Positions 26,001 through 38,042 of a stretch of 64,000 nucleotides of DNA are shown one piece after another. Both the position numbers and the translations under genes were made by a program. The notes beneath the pieces were generated by a model that had not been told where the DNA came from, searched no databases, and saw only the letters and a list, made by a program, of their open reading frames with translations. Each line of letters begins with the position of its first letter. Positions within the stretch are counted from its first letter, which is position 1. The stretch is from Piromyces finnis finn (Eukaryota; Fungi; Neocallimastigomycota), in the NCBI GenBank assembly GCA_002104945.1, contig MCFH01000043.1, positions 310,001 through 374,000 of the forward strand. The letters run 5' to 3'.

Positions 26001-28304
26001 AAACAAATGTAATGTTTTTGTTTGAAGAATCAATAGGTTCATTATCAATAACAAAATCATTAATAACGAAATTAAGATCCTTGGTTTCAATATCATTACT
26101 TTCTCTTCCTATACAGTATTTTCCAACGTATAATGTCATACTATTATCAACAATACAATTTTGAATTGGTTCCTCTGTTTTTTCACCAGTTCTACAACCA
26201 GTTTTGTCGCATACAATAATTAAACTTAGTTCATCTTCACCAGGAGCATTAATATAATAACCATCATTAGGAATAATAGAAGTACAATTCTTGGTAGAAG
26301 AACAATAAATTAAATTTGAGTAGGTTCCTGAAGCTAAAGAAGAAGAATCTAAATAATAAGTATTTGCTACTGTTTCTTTCTCTTCAAATTCAGATGATTC
26401 ACTATTATAATAGATTAAAGGTTTAGTTGTATCCACACTACCAACATTAACATAATAGCCATCATTGGCAACGTCAAGTAATTTCTCACATTTTGTTTCA
26501 CTATTACAGTGAATTAAATAACCACTATTGTCAATTTCTAATGGAGATTCCTTTATTTTTTCGCTAGTATCAGTTATATAATACCCGTTTGTATTTGCTT
26601 TCTTTTCAACACATTTTTTATTTCCATTACAATATAATAATGGATAAATTCCGGAATTACCACTATTAATATAATAGTTACTTAAACCTAATGTTTCTAC
26701 ACCTAATACTGTACAAAAGAAGTCACTGCCAAAAGTAGTACAAACAATTAAATTATTACCCTTTTTTTAATATTAATAAAAATAAAATTTAATATATATT
26801 TGAAAAAATTATTCTTTTAATTTTAATTTTAATAATATAATAAAACATGAAACTTACAGTATCACCATCAATAAAATTACTATCTTCTGAAATATTAGAG
26901 GATTTACATTTTGATAATGAATCACAAGAAATAATATTTATACCACAAAAAGACGTCTTTTCGGCGGCTTCAATAGTCATTATATGGCTTTCTGTATCAC
27001 AGTTTTCTGATAAAGAAAAAGTTGAATAATCTAAATAATATTTATTTGAGATTTCTTTATTAGATATTCTACATTTTAATACCTTGCTATTGTTATCTAT
27101 GTTATCTACCATACAACTGATTAAGTTTTTAGATATTTCATCAATATAAAATGAATTTTCAGAATTGCTTCCAATATATTCCATAATTTCAGTATCATCT
27201 AATTCCGCACAACCACTTGAATTACATTCAATAAGTTGACTTATATTGGTACTATCATTAACATTTGCACTATTTGCAGGACTTAAAAATATGCCTGATT
27301 TATAAGCAACAGAAGAACACTTTGTCGTCGAAGAACAAATAATTACATTATTATAAATAACCGCATCTTCAACACTATCATCTTTTGTACCATAATCTAA
27401 GTATGCTACAGTTGTATCACCAGTTATAGTTTTATAACCACCTTCTTTATTATAATATATAATCGGATTTGAGGATTTATCCGATCCGGAATTAAGATAA
27501 AATTCAACAATTACATTTCCATCTGGTTTTTCTATCTTACAAGGATTTTCATTGCAATTAATAATAGTTTTTCCTTCAGTACTATACTCACCAGAATCAA
27601 CATAATAACCGGCAATAGCTGATATTAATGAACATCTACTGCTTGAACAACTAAATACTTTGTTGGAAGTATTGTCAAAATATGACTTATTTGCTGTTCC
27701 ATTTTTACATTCAAAGGCTGTTGATTCCCCCCCAGTTGCTAATATATATGCACATAATAAACTAGTTGCTTTAGAATTAATATATGTCTTCTCTATACTA
27801 GATTCTACTGTTATCTTTGAGCAACCAGATGAAGCATCACAAGAATAACCATCATCAATACCTTCAATTGTACTTGTTACAATTTCACCATTTTTAAAAA
27901 AATAATTTCCTGGAGTTCTACCACTAAATAAAACAGACCCTGTATTACCTGCTGAGTTTACTGCATTAATAGTACTACCATTAAAGCAGAATTTCTTATT
28001 ATTACAACCACCATTTACACAAGTAGTACATTCCAGTAAAGGTGAAGCATCTGATTTTACTTTTAATATATAAAGAGTAAAAATTAAAATAAAATTCCAT
28101 ATTCTATATATATAATTTTTTTAAAAATAATTAATATACAAGTAAAAAAAAATATATATATATATATATATAATTAGTTTATTATATGTGGATAAATAAT
28201 TTGAAATATTATATATTTATAAATATTTATATAATTAATAGTAATTGCAATTGTAATTATAAAATATATATAGAAATCAATATTTACATTTTTTTTTGTT
28301 GCAT
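23008..28304 (-). CDS. Scaffoldin-like secreted, membrane/GPI-anchored Cys-rich repeat protein (copy B), about 1671 aa, 3 exons
   Basis: Exons 28288-28304, 26858-28103 and 23008-26760 total 5016 nt. I checked by hand that the frame is open through 27184-28103 and 26436-26760. The signal peptide reads MQQKKIIWNFILIFTLYILKVKS. It has the same GYYxNxG...LIxC repeats and a hydrophobic C-terminus (LLTLILSTIIIFVVY*), and is a clear paralog of copy A. Confidence 0.8.
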
Positions 28305-29220
28305 TTTATTATTTATTATTTCAATTTAAAAATTTTAATATTTTATTAAAAAATAATATTGTTTTTTAAATAATAGAAAAAAAGATATAAGAAAAAATAT
28401 GATATAAAAAAATATTCCTTCTTCTAATTTAACACTATAATTTATTTATTCAAGTTTTAATTATTATTTATATTAATTATAATTTTCATTTTCTTTTTTT
28501 TTTTTTTTTTTAATTTATAGTTTCCTTTTTTACTTCTATTTCTTTATTTAAAATTTATATACGAACTTATTTGTAATATAAAATAATACTATGATTCTAT
28601 TTCTTTTATTCTATTTCTTTTATTTGTTCTATGTATTGTTTAAAAACTTTTATATCCTATAAAGAAAGAAAAAAAGAAAAAAAAGAAAAAGATTAAAAAA
28701 AAAAAGCAGTAATATAAATTTAAAATATAAATATGATTAAGAAAAAAAAATTAAATTATTAAAAGTTTTATGGATTTAACATAAATAAAATTTAAAATAG
28801 TATATTTATTATAATAATTATTTATTTACTGCTCATTTTTTTTCATCTAAAATGTTTATTTAAAAAAAAACTTTATATTTTAACTTTATTAATTTGATAT
28901 AATTATATTTGTTTATTTCTCTATTTTCATTATTTAAAAAAAAAATATAATAATATGTATTAATATGTTAATAAATAATAATATATTTATTTAAAGTATT
29001 TACTAATATCTAATATTGTTTAAGAAATTATACTATTTTAAAGTTTACGTATGTTGAAAACAAAAAAAAGTAAAAATAAAAACATCATTCAACATATAGA
29101 TATGATAATACCAACATAAAATTAATGAAGAAAATTTTACAATAGCTTTTAATTAATAATTCTTTAATTCAATAGAATTTATAGTTGAAATGTTAAAAGT
29201 GAATGATATTCAATTTCTCA

Positions 29221-30040
29221 ATATTATAAAATATTAAAAAATTACATTTAAATTAAACATAGTGTTGAATTTAATACTATGTGTATTATGTATTATAAGT
29301 ATTCTTTTTTATCTTATTTTTTTTTTTTAATTTTTTTAATTGGAAAAAAATATTTAAAAAAATATAAATGAATATACATTAAAAAAAAAAAAATAAACAA
29401 TTAACATAAAAATAAAAAATGATTATAATTTAAGTTTTTTTAGTGTATTGTCAAATATATTGATAATAATTAAGATTTGTTTATATATTCTTATTTTTAT
29501 TAACATACAACAGAATTTATTTTAATTTCAGTTTTTGATTTCTTATTTTTTTTTCATCTTTTTCGGTTTTAAAATCTTTAAGAATTAATAAAATATATTG
29601 CATTTTGTGATATATGTACATTTTAATTATTATTTAAGAATAATAAACTATTTGAGAAAAAAAAAGGTTTCATTTATTAATGTTTACAAACTTTAATAAT
29701 TAAATATTAAAAAATTACATTTATAAATTGGTTAAAATAGATTAATTTTTTAAAAACTTTAAATTATTGATTCCAAAACATTATATGATGTTGTTTGTTT
29801 TTTTTTAAAAAAAAAAATAAAAAAAAAAAAAAAAAAACATTAACTATTTTTTCTCATATCTCATAAATAGTGATTAATATTTTATTATTTTATTGTTAAA
29901 AATAAATTATATTGAAAAATTATTTCTTCAACTATTATCATTTATATAAAATAAAATTGATATTACTATTAAATTTAATTTCAGTTTTTGATTTCTAATT
30001 TTTTTTTCATCTTTTCGGATTTTAAAACTTTTAAGCTATA
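29221..30040. repeat. Degenerate direct repeat with about 450-475 bp period
   Basis: TTTAATTTCAGTTTTTGATTTCT(T/A)ATTTTTTTTTCATCTTTT(T)CGG at ~29521 recurs at ~29974. AAATATTAAAAAATTACATTTA at ~29229 recurs at ~29702. Confidence 0.55.
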
Positions 30041-30446
30041 AGCATTAATATAAAAAATTAAGTTTTTAATTATTATTATTATTATATAGATGATAATCTA
30101 TTTGCAAAAAAAAAAAAAAATACAGTTATTTCACATTAATAAAGTCTTCTTTTGTTATAATATATTAATAATAAATTATATAGTTTCGGTATATTCCAAA
30201 TTTTATAAATTTTTTGAATTTAAGATATAATAAATTAAAAGAAAATTCATTTCCATTACAATATTACAATGTTATTACTTTATAAAATGTTTATTTTTTT
30301 AAATTTTACCTACAAAATAATCAATCATTTCATATCCTAAATTTATGAAAGAATTAAAACCAAAACATTTATTACTACCAACAATGAAAGAATAAAAAAA
30401 AAAAAATAATAAATATTATTATTTATTAGTCATAGTAGTATTAAAT

Positions 30447-30534
<88 letters not shown>

Positions 30535-30535
30535 G

Positions 30536-30569
<34 letters not shown>

Positions 30570-30605
30570 GTTGCATTATTGCTTTTGCTATTATTATTAT
30601 TATTA
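30447..30605. repeat. (TAT)n microsatellite, interrupted
   Basis: About 80 bp of perfect TAT units followed by interrupted units. It generates the spurious poly-Y and poly-N ORFs in the track. Confidence 0.95.
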
Positions 30606-33248
30606 TATACTTTCAAAACTTAGTTAATAGAAATTTTAAATTTTCAACAACATATTGATAAAACACTTGAAGTTTTAAAAACTGAAGTATTTTATTATTA
30701 TTTAAATGCTATTTGCTTTAAAAAATTAATAAATAATAATAAAAAAACACTTTTTAATAATAAATGAAATAACGAAATACCAATAAATATATATAATATA
30801 TATATTTATATAAATAATATTCATTTAAGATGTTTTTTAAATATAAAAAATAAATGAATATATAATTAATAAATAAACAAATTGTTAATAAAATAGTATT
30901 TATTTATTTATTAATTATTCATCCATTTATTTTAAATTAAAAATTTTATTACATTCCTCGTTACATTATGTGATACATTACATTTACATTTTTAATGATA
31001 ATTAACCAAATGAATGGATTAGGATTTTGATAATAAAAGATTTTATCAAAAAATAAAATGATAGATATAAAATGAATGAATATTAAATTATTTAAATAAA
31101 TAAATAGTATTATAATAGTAAATGAATGAATAAATAAATAATAAATAAATTTCATATCTTATATTTGTATTGAATTATAAAAAAAAAAAAAAAAAGAAAC
31201 CTTTTAAAGGTCATTATTTAATAATGATAAGTTCTTCAAAATCAAACCTTTTTCAAACTTTTCTTGTCATTACAAAAATCAAGAAATAATAAATTTTGAA
31301 TAATAATTTAAAAAAAGCTTATACAAATTAATAAAAAACTATTTAAAGTGTCTTTTTTTTTAAAAAAAAAAAAAAGTAACGATTCATTTTGTAAATGAAT
31401 GAACAGAAAAGATAATCATTTTTAAAATCAAAATTCAATTTCTTTTTCTATCTTTTTTTTTTTTTTTAAAAAAAGTTTTTCTTTTCATGATTATTTTGTT
31501 ATCTGCTTCTTTCAAAGAAAAAAAAAATAAATTGAAACTTGATTTGATTCTATAAAGAATAAAAACTTTTTATTATTTATAGTTTACATATTTTGTTGTA
31601 CTTTTCATTTAAAATCAATTTAAATCTAAAACAAAAAACAAAAAATTCATTTTAAAAGTTGCCTTTTTCTTTTTTTTTTTTTTTTTTTTTTTGTCTCACT
31701 ATTAAAAAAAATAAAAAAATTCTTTTTTTCGTAAAATTAAAATTTTAATTTTTTTTTTTTATATTAAATAAAATTTTTTATTTTTTAAATATTTAGTGGA
31801 AATTTTTTTTTTTATTTTCTTCTTTATTTTCTTTTTCTTTTTCTTTTTTTCTTTTTACTACAAAGATAAATATTTAATTGAAGTTCTTTTTGAATAAAAA
31901 AGAAGATAGGGAAGAAGAAAAAGAAGAAAAAAAAAAAAGTGATAAATAAAGAAAATTAAAAAAAAAAATAAAATTAAAAAAAAATAAAAATAATTATAGA
32001 CAGGAAGAACATTTTCAAAATATAAAACAATCTATTAAAAAATACAATAACAATAAAATAAAATAAAAATTAATAGAAAAAAAATAATATAAATAAACAA
32101 ACAAATAAATAATTAAACGATATATATAAAAGAAATCTATTGTAAATAATTAATTTATTTTATATATATCATTCAAACACCAATTTCTTTATTATTTTTT
32201 GTCAGTAATTTCAACTCTGTATATTACCTCAAGAGAACATTTTAAAACATTTTTATTTTTCATAATTAAAACCAATCCATCAATTAATAATAAAAATAAT
32301 AATAATAAAAAAAGAATATATTTCATAAAATTAAATAATTCATTTTTGGAAAGTAAAAAAAAAAAAAAGAAAAACGGAAACTTAAAATTAATAAGAACAA
32401 ATAATACTCGGGAATAATCAAAGAAAAAAAAAAATAATTTTGTTTATTTTGAATTAATAAAACTATCTTATTTCATTTTCAAGTATATATAAATTTCATA
32501 TTCATTTTAAATTTCCAAAGGTCTTTTTTTATTTTAATAAAATAACAGCATTTATAATAAAATTTTTAAAATAGATAGAAAAAAAATTTTAATAACAAAA
32601 AATATAAATACCACTTTTTTGATATTTTTATTATCTATCGGAAACATAAATAAACTCCAATCAGTTAATAAAATATTATAAAAAGAGTAAGTTATTTTTA
32701 ATTATAAAATGTTTCACATTTCATTATTAGGAAAAGTAGAAAATGAAAAATTGTTTGTATAATGAATTATAGAGATAAATTTTTATAAATAATAGGAAAA
32801 TTTTTTTGTTATACTCACTGAATAAATAGGCCTTTTTTTTTTCATAAAAAAAAATTTTAAATTTTATTTTTAATGATAATTTATTTTATGATTATTTAAT
32901 TAAAAGACTAATTTTTTATATTTTTTTTATTATAATTTTAAAATTACCGATATTATTATTATAATAGGTGATTATTTTTATGAAGATTAATAAATAAATA
33001 AATATATTACAATACAAAGAATTTTTATTATACAAAATTAAAAGAATAAATCTTTATTTTTGTATAATTATTAACAAAAATATTTATTTTAATATACAAA
33101 TATACAACTATTATAAATATTACTTAATATATTAAAATTATAAAAAAAAATTAGCTAGAATAAACCAATATAAATATTACACATTATAAAACTATATTTA
33201 AAAAAATAAAATATAAAGTTAAAAAAAATTATATATTTTAATTGAAAA

Positions 33249-36200
33249 ATGGATATCGAAGAAAGTAGAATAATTGATATTGACTCAACAACCGAAAAAT
33301 TAAAAGAACCAATTGTTGAAGTTATTAAAGAAGATGCCGAAGTAGAAACAGAACAACCAAATGAAATCATCGAAGAAGAAACAGAAAAACCTTATGATGT
33401 TGAGGGAGAAGAAATGACTGAAATACCTACTGAAGCTCAAAAAAACGTGAAGGTAGATGAAATTAGTGAGGAAGTAGAAGAAGAGGAAGAAGATAATTCA
33501 AAAACATCGGATGATTTAGATAACGAATTAATTGTTACTACTATTCCAGTAAATGATGATGATGAAAAGGTTCAAGCAGAATCAAATGAAAAAGAAGATG
33601 AAAATGAGGAAGAATTGAAAACAAGTCTAAGCATAAGCTCAATAGCACCAGCTAGACCAAGAAGAAAAAGACCTGTAGATGATAATTTAAATGTTGAATC
33701 TTTAAAGTCCATCACCAAATCCATGGGTGCTGAATTATTAAAATTAAGATCTATGATAGAATCCAAGGATCGTAGTATTCAAGAAATTCGTAAATCATTT
33801 GATCAATTGGTTGGTCAAAAGGATTCTTCTATTAGAGAATTGGAAGAACAACTTGAAATGACTATAAGTCAAACTCAAAAACAACTCAATGTCAAGGATA
33901 TGGAATTAGTAAATTACCAAAAATCCTATGAAGAATTAAAAAAGGAACTCGAAACTATTAAAAATAACAAGAATGAAGAAATTATTACAAGAGATATTCA
34001 AGCTACAGAAATCGAGGAAGCTTTCAACAAAAAATACAATAGTTTAATGGAAGAATTTGTAAAGGTAAAGGAGGATTATGCTTCTTTACTTAAAGAAAAA
34101 GATGATTCTATTGAAGATATTAAGGGTCAACTTGAAGCTGCTAAAGCCAATCATTCAGAGATCGAAGCTCAACTTATGGAAGAAATGGAAGCAAACAATC
34201 GTGATTCCCAGGAAAAAATTGGTAAGCTTGAACTTTCTAATAAACATTCAGAAGAAGCCTTAATCCAACTTCGTGAGCAATTGAAAACACTCAATAAAGA
34301 AAAATCCTCTATTGTTTTTGATTTAACTCAACAATTAGAGACCATCGTTGAACAAACCAACATTACCATTTCTGATTTAGAGGACCAAAACAATACACTT
34401 ATTCAAGAAAAAGATGACCTCACCAAGAATTTCAATCAAAAAATTATTAGTTTAAATTCAGAAAATAATGCTTTGGAAAAGGAAATTGAAAAATTAAAGG
34501 ATGAACATAAAAAGAATCAAGAAAAATTCAAAAAAGCTAAAAAGAGAAATGATGAAAATATTGATTATTTGAATAAGCAATTAGAAACTATTGTTAATGA
34601 AACTAACCGTACTATTGATGATTTACACGAAAAATTAGATAAGGCTGAGGAAGACAAATCTCTCCTTGAAGCCAAACACAATGAAGATTTAGAGGAACTT
34701 CGTCGTAACCACGAAGCTTCTCTCGAGGAATTAAATTCTAATTTAGAACAAAAGAATCAAATGATTGAAAGTCTTAACCGTAGTGTTAATGATAAAAGTA
34801 ATCTTTTAAACCAACTTAATTCCACTTTATCAGTTAAAAACGATTTAGTAGAGGAATTAAATCGTTCAGTAGAAGAAAAGGATCAAACCGTTGATCAACT
34901 TAATAAAATGGTAGAAAGTAATAAAACCACAATTCAAGAGTTGAATGATGCTCTCGCTAAAAAGGTTGAATCTCTTGAAGAATATAGCAAACATCAAGAA
35001 GAAATGGAAAAAGAAATTGAAGAATTAAAAAGGAATGTTGCCAGTAATGATAGAATTATGGAAGACATAAGAGATGATTTAAAACAAAAGGATAATCATC
35101 TCATAGAGTTAAACAAGGATATTCAAGAGAAATCCGATTACATTCAACAATTGGAAGATAATTTAAAGGAAAAGAAGACTGAGCAAGATAGACTTCAAGG
35201 TGAAATAGGAAGAAGGGATAACACAATAACAAATATGAATGTCACTTTGAGAGAAAAGGAAGCCGATATTAAAGATTTAAGTAAGATTATTTCTGATAAA
35301 GAAGATCTTCTTAACACTTTACATCAATCCCTCCAAGAAAAGGAAGAGGCTATAGAATCCATGGAAAAAGAAATTACCCTCAATACAAATTCCATACAAA
35401 AATTAAATAACGAAATAGAAGTTCGTAATTGTTCCATTGAAAAATTAAATGAACGTATTGCTCAACAAAACAGTGCTATGGACGATTTAAAGGGTAGGAC
35501 AGAAAGAAAGGAACAACTCATTAATGAATTAAACGCTCGTTTAGACAAGAGTAATGATGAATGTCAACATTTGAATAATACGATTAAGGATCGTGAAGCC
35601 CATGTTCGTGAATTAAAGATTCAAAGAGAAGAAAAAAGCAAGACTATTTTGGATTTAGAACAACAATTGGAGGAGAAAAAAAGCGAAGTTCGCCAATTAA
35701 AATCTCGTGTACAAAAGAATGATGAAGATATAAACATATTAAATATGACCATGAAAAATAAAGAGGATACAATAAAGAATTTAACAAGAAAAATGGAAGA
35801 AAAGAATCAACAAATTTATGAATTAAATACCACCATTGATGATAAGGATTCTGATCTTCATATATTGAAGGAACAACTTGAAGATCGTCGCATTGCCATG
35901 GAACGCTACGAGAAAAAGATTGAGGAGATGACCTTGGAAGTTACTGATCTTCAACGTGATACAGAAATTCATCTTCATTCCATAGCCGAATTAAATGTTG
36001 CCATGGAAAAACGTGGTGATGATATTCACGAATTAGAAGAACGTATCAAGGGTATGACCAAACAAATTAATCATATGCAAAGTCATCTTGAAGAAAAAGA
36101 AGAAATCATTGAAAACATGACAACTCGTGCTAAAGAAATGAAGGAAAAGTATACCAAGCTTCAAACAGATATGGATGATCAAACTCATTCCCTTCACATG

Positions 36201-36776
36201 GTAACCAATGAACTTCAACAAAAATCTAGTTTAATTGTTGATTTAGAAGAGAAATTAGCTCAAGAACGTGCTGAACTTAAAGCAATGGAAGTAGAAAAGG
36301 AGAGAAATAAGAGTGAATATGAAATTCTTCTTGGTGAAAAACAAAAGAAGATATTAAGTATGGAAAGTGAAATGGAAACCATTGAAGAAAATGTCAAGAC
36401 CCTTCATCATATTATCAATGATTTAGAAGGTAAGCTTCAAGAAAAGGAAATTGAATTATTAAAGGCCAACACTGTAGCCAATAATGTTGCCAATCGTAAT
36501 GTAATTGGTAGTATCTTTAGAGATCCATACAAGGCTGTTGTTAATGATCACTGGGAAGATGATAAAGAAGTTAAGGAATGTAGTGGATGTAACGCCAAAT
36601 TTAGTTTTATTAATCGTAAACATCATTGTCGTGTTTGTGGTAAAATCTTTTGTGCTTCCTGTGTTAATAATACAGTAAAACTTTCTATTGCTAATCAAAC
36701 CTTATCCACTAATGGTGTTCCTGCTAAAGTTTGTAAGGATTGTTTCAAAGATACTATAGGTAATGATTCCCAATAA
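33249..36776 (+). CDS. Long coiled-coil protein with C-terminal FYVE zinc finger (EEA1-like architecture), 1175 aa
   Basis: An acidic N-terminus is followed by roughly 900 aa of heptad-rich sequence. The FYVE signatures are WEDD (WxxD), CSGC, RKHHCRVCGKIFC, CASC and KVCKDC, with all eight zinc-binding Cys present. Confidence 0.92.
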   Translation: MDIEESRIIDIDSTTEKLKEPIVEVIKEDAEVETEQPNEIIEEETEKPYDVEGEEMTEIPTEAQKNVKVDEISEEVEEEEEDNSKTSDDLDNELIVTTIPVNDDDEKVQAESNEKEDENEEELKTSLSISSIAPARPRRKRPVDDNLNVESLKSITKSMGAELLKLRSMIESKDRSIQEIRKSFDQLVGQKDSSIRELEEQLEMTISQTQKQLNVKDMELVNYQKSYEELKKELETIKNNKNEEIITRDIQATEIEEAFNKKYNSLMEEFVKVKEDYASLLKEKDDSIEDIKGQLEAAKANHSEIEAQLMEEMEANNRDSQEKIGKLELSNKHSEEALIQLREQLKTLNKEKSSIVFDLTQQLETIVEQTNITISDLEDQNNTLIQEKDDLTKNFNQKIISLNSENNALEKEIEKLKDEHKKNQEKFKKAKKRNDENIDYLNKQLETIVNETNRTIDDLHEKLDKAEEDKSLLEAKHNEDLEELRRNHEASLEELNSNLEQKNQMIESLNRSVNDKSNLLNQLNSTLSVKNDLVEELNRSVEEKDQTVDQLNKMVESNKTTIQELNDALAKKVESLEEYSKHQEEMEKEIEELKRNVASNDRIMEDIRDDLKQKDNHLIELNKDIQEKSDYIQQLEDNLKEKKTEQDRLQGEIGRRDNTITNMNVTLREKEADIKDLSKIISDKEDLLNTLHQSLQEKEEAIESMEKEITLNTNSIQKLNNEIEVRNCSIEKLNERIAQQNSAMDDLKGRTERKEQLINELNARLDKSNDECQHLNNTIKDREAHVRELKIQREEKSKTILDLEQQLEEKKSEVRQLKSRVQKNDEDINILNMTMKNKEDTIKNLTRKMEEKNQQIYELNTTIDDKDSDLHILKEQLEDRRIAMERYEKKIEEMTLEVTDLQRDTEIHLHSIAELNVAMEKRGDDIHELEERIKGMTKQINHMQSHLEEKEEIIENMTTRAKEMKEKYTKLQTDMDDQTHSLHMVTNELQQKSSLIVDLEEKLAQERAELKAMEVEKERNKSEYEILLGEKQKKILSMESEMETIEENVKTLHHIINDLEGKLQEKEIELLKANTVANNVANRNVIGSIFRDPYKAVVNDHWEDDKEVKECSGCNAKFSFINRKHHCRVCGKIFCASCVNNTVKLSIANQTLSTNGVPAKVCKDCFKDTIGNDSQ

Positions 36777-38003
36777 AATAAAAATTAATAAATACAATAA
36801 TAATAAAAAAAAGAAATATATATATTTTGAGTATATCCTAGTTTTTTTTTTTTTCTTTCACCATCAAAAAAAAAAAAAACCAATTTAAGTTATTATTTTT
36901 TTTTTTTTTTAATTATTGATTATTCAGAATATTTATTCTTTTGAACCTTTTTTTTTTTTTCTTTTATTATTATTTTATTATTATTATTTAAATTTATAAA
37001 TAATTTAGATATGGTATCAGTGTCATCCCAAGCTTAAAAAAAAAAAAAAAGCGGATTAAAGGAACTATATATATTTTCTTTTTTATGATATAATTTTTAT
37101 TTTATTTAATTTTAATTATTTTCATTTGTTATATACGTGTTAAAAAAAAAAAAAAAAAACATTATTAATTAATATAAAACCATAATTCCTTTCACCATCA
37201 TAATTATGGTAAAAAAAAAAAGGTTAATACAAATGAAACAAACAAATAATCAAAAAAAACTATTCATTATGATTAGTATCTGACAAACTCATTTCCATCC
37301 TAATTCACAATAAATAATAATAGTAAACCGTTAAATCATTAATAATATTAATGGTAGTTGTAAGATGAGAAACTTTTTTTTTTTTTTAAATCTTAACAAA
37401 AATTCATATATCATCATCATCATCATCATCATTATTATTATTATTACATTATCCTTTATTATTTTTAAAGAATTATTACTTTTTTACTCTTTCTTTTTAT
37501 ATATATATATATATTCTTAGCATCATCATTATCATTATTATTTATCAATAATTATTTATCACTAATTTAATATATAAATATATAAATATAAATATATATA
37601 TATATTTTACTTTCATCCTTACTATTAATATCAATGTTTTGTTTTGTTTTTTTCTTATTTTATAAAATAAAATTATTAATAAAAATATTAAATAAAACAA
37701 GACCTTTTACTTTTGTTAGAATGAATTAAGTAAAAAAAACCCTTTGAAATTCATGATTGCCTTGAGATTATTTCCCATAATCATAAACCATTTTTATGAT
37801 AAATATTTCATTTGTTACTTTTTTTTTTTATCTATTTTTAATCTTTTTATCAAAAAAAAAGAAAAAAAAAAATTTTATCTTTTTTAAGTTAAAATTTGAT
37901 AAAAATTCTTAAAGTGGTGGAAATGTGGAATATATATCCGATCTATTGTAAGGATGATACATTAAAAACTATAATTTTTTTTTTAAATATGGAAGCTGAC
38001 AGC

Positions 38004-38042
<39 letters not shown>

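Noticed and set aside
19696-27184. Track ORFs 19696..20673 and 26789..27184 as independent genes
   Set aside because: They are parts of exon 2 of the spliced scaffoldin-like genes. Their hydrophobic 'tails' are read-through into introns after GTAAG donors.
17321-27848. Small ORFs overlapping the scaffoldin-like genes (17321, 18531, 18990, 23196, 23857, 25062, 25836, 26847, 27660)
   Set aside because: They are shadow ORFs within long real exons with no independent motifs.
30419-30627. Poly-Asn and poly-Tyr ORFs
   Set aside because: They are translations of the (TAT)n microsatellite.
30961-33370. ORFs 30961..31155, 32199..32417 and 33155..33370
   Set aside because: The first two have F/I/K/N-rich composition typical of random AT-rich DNA with homopolymers and no motifs. 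The third partly overlaps the FYVE gene antisense.
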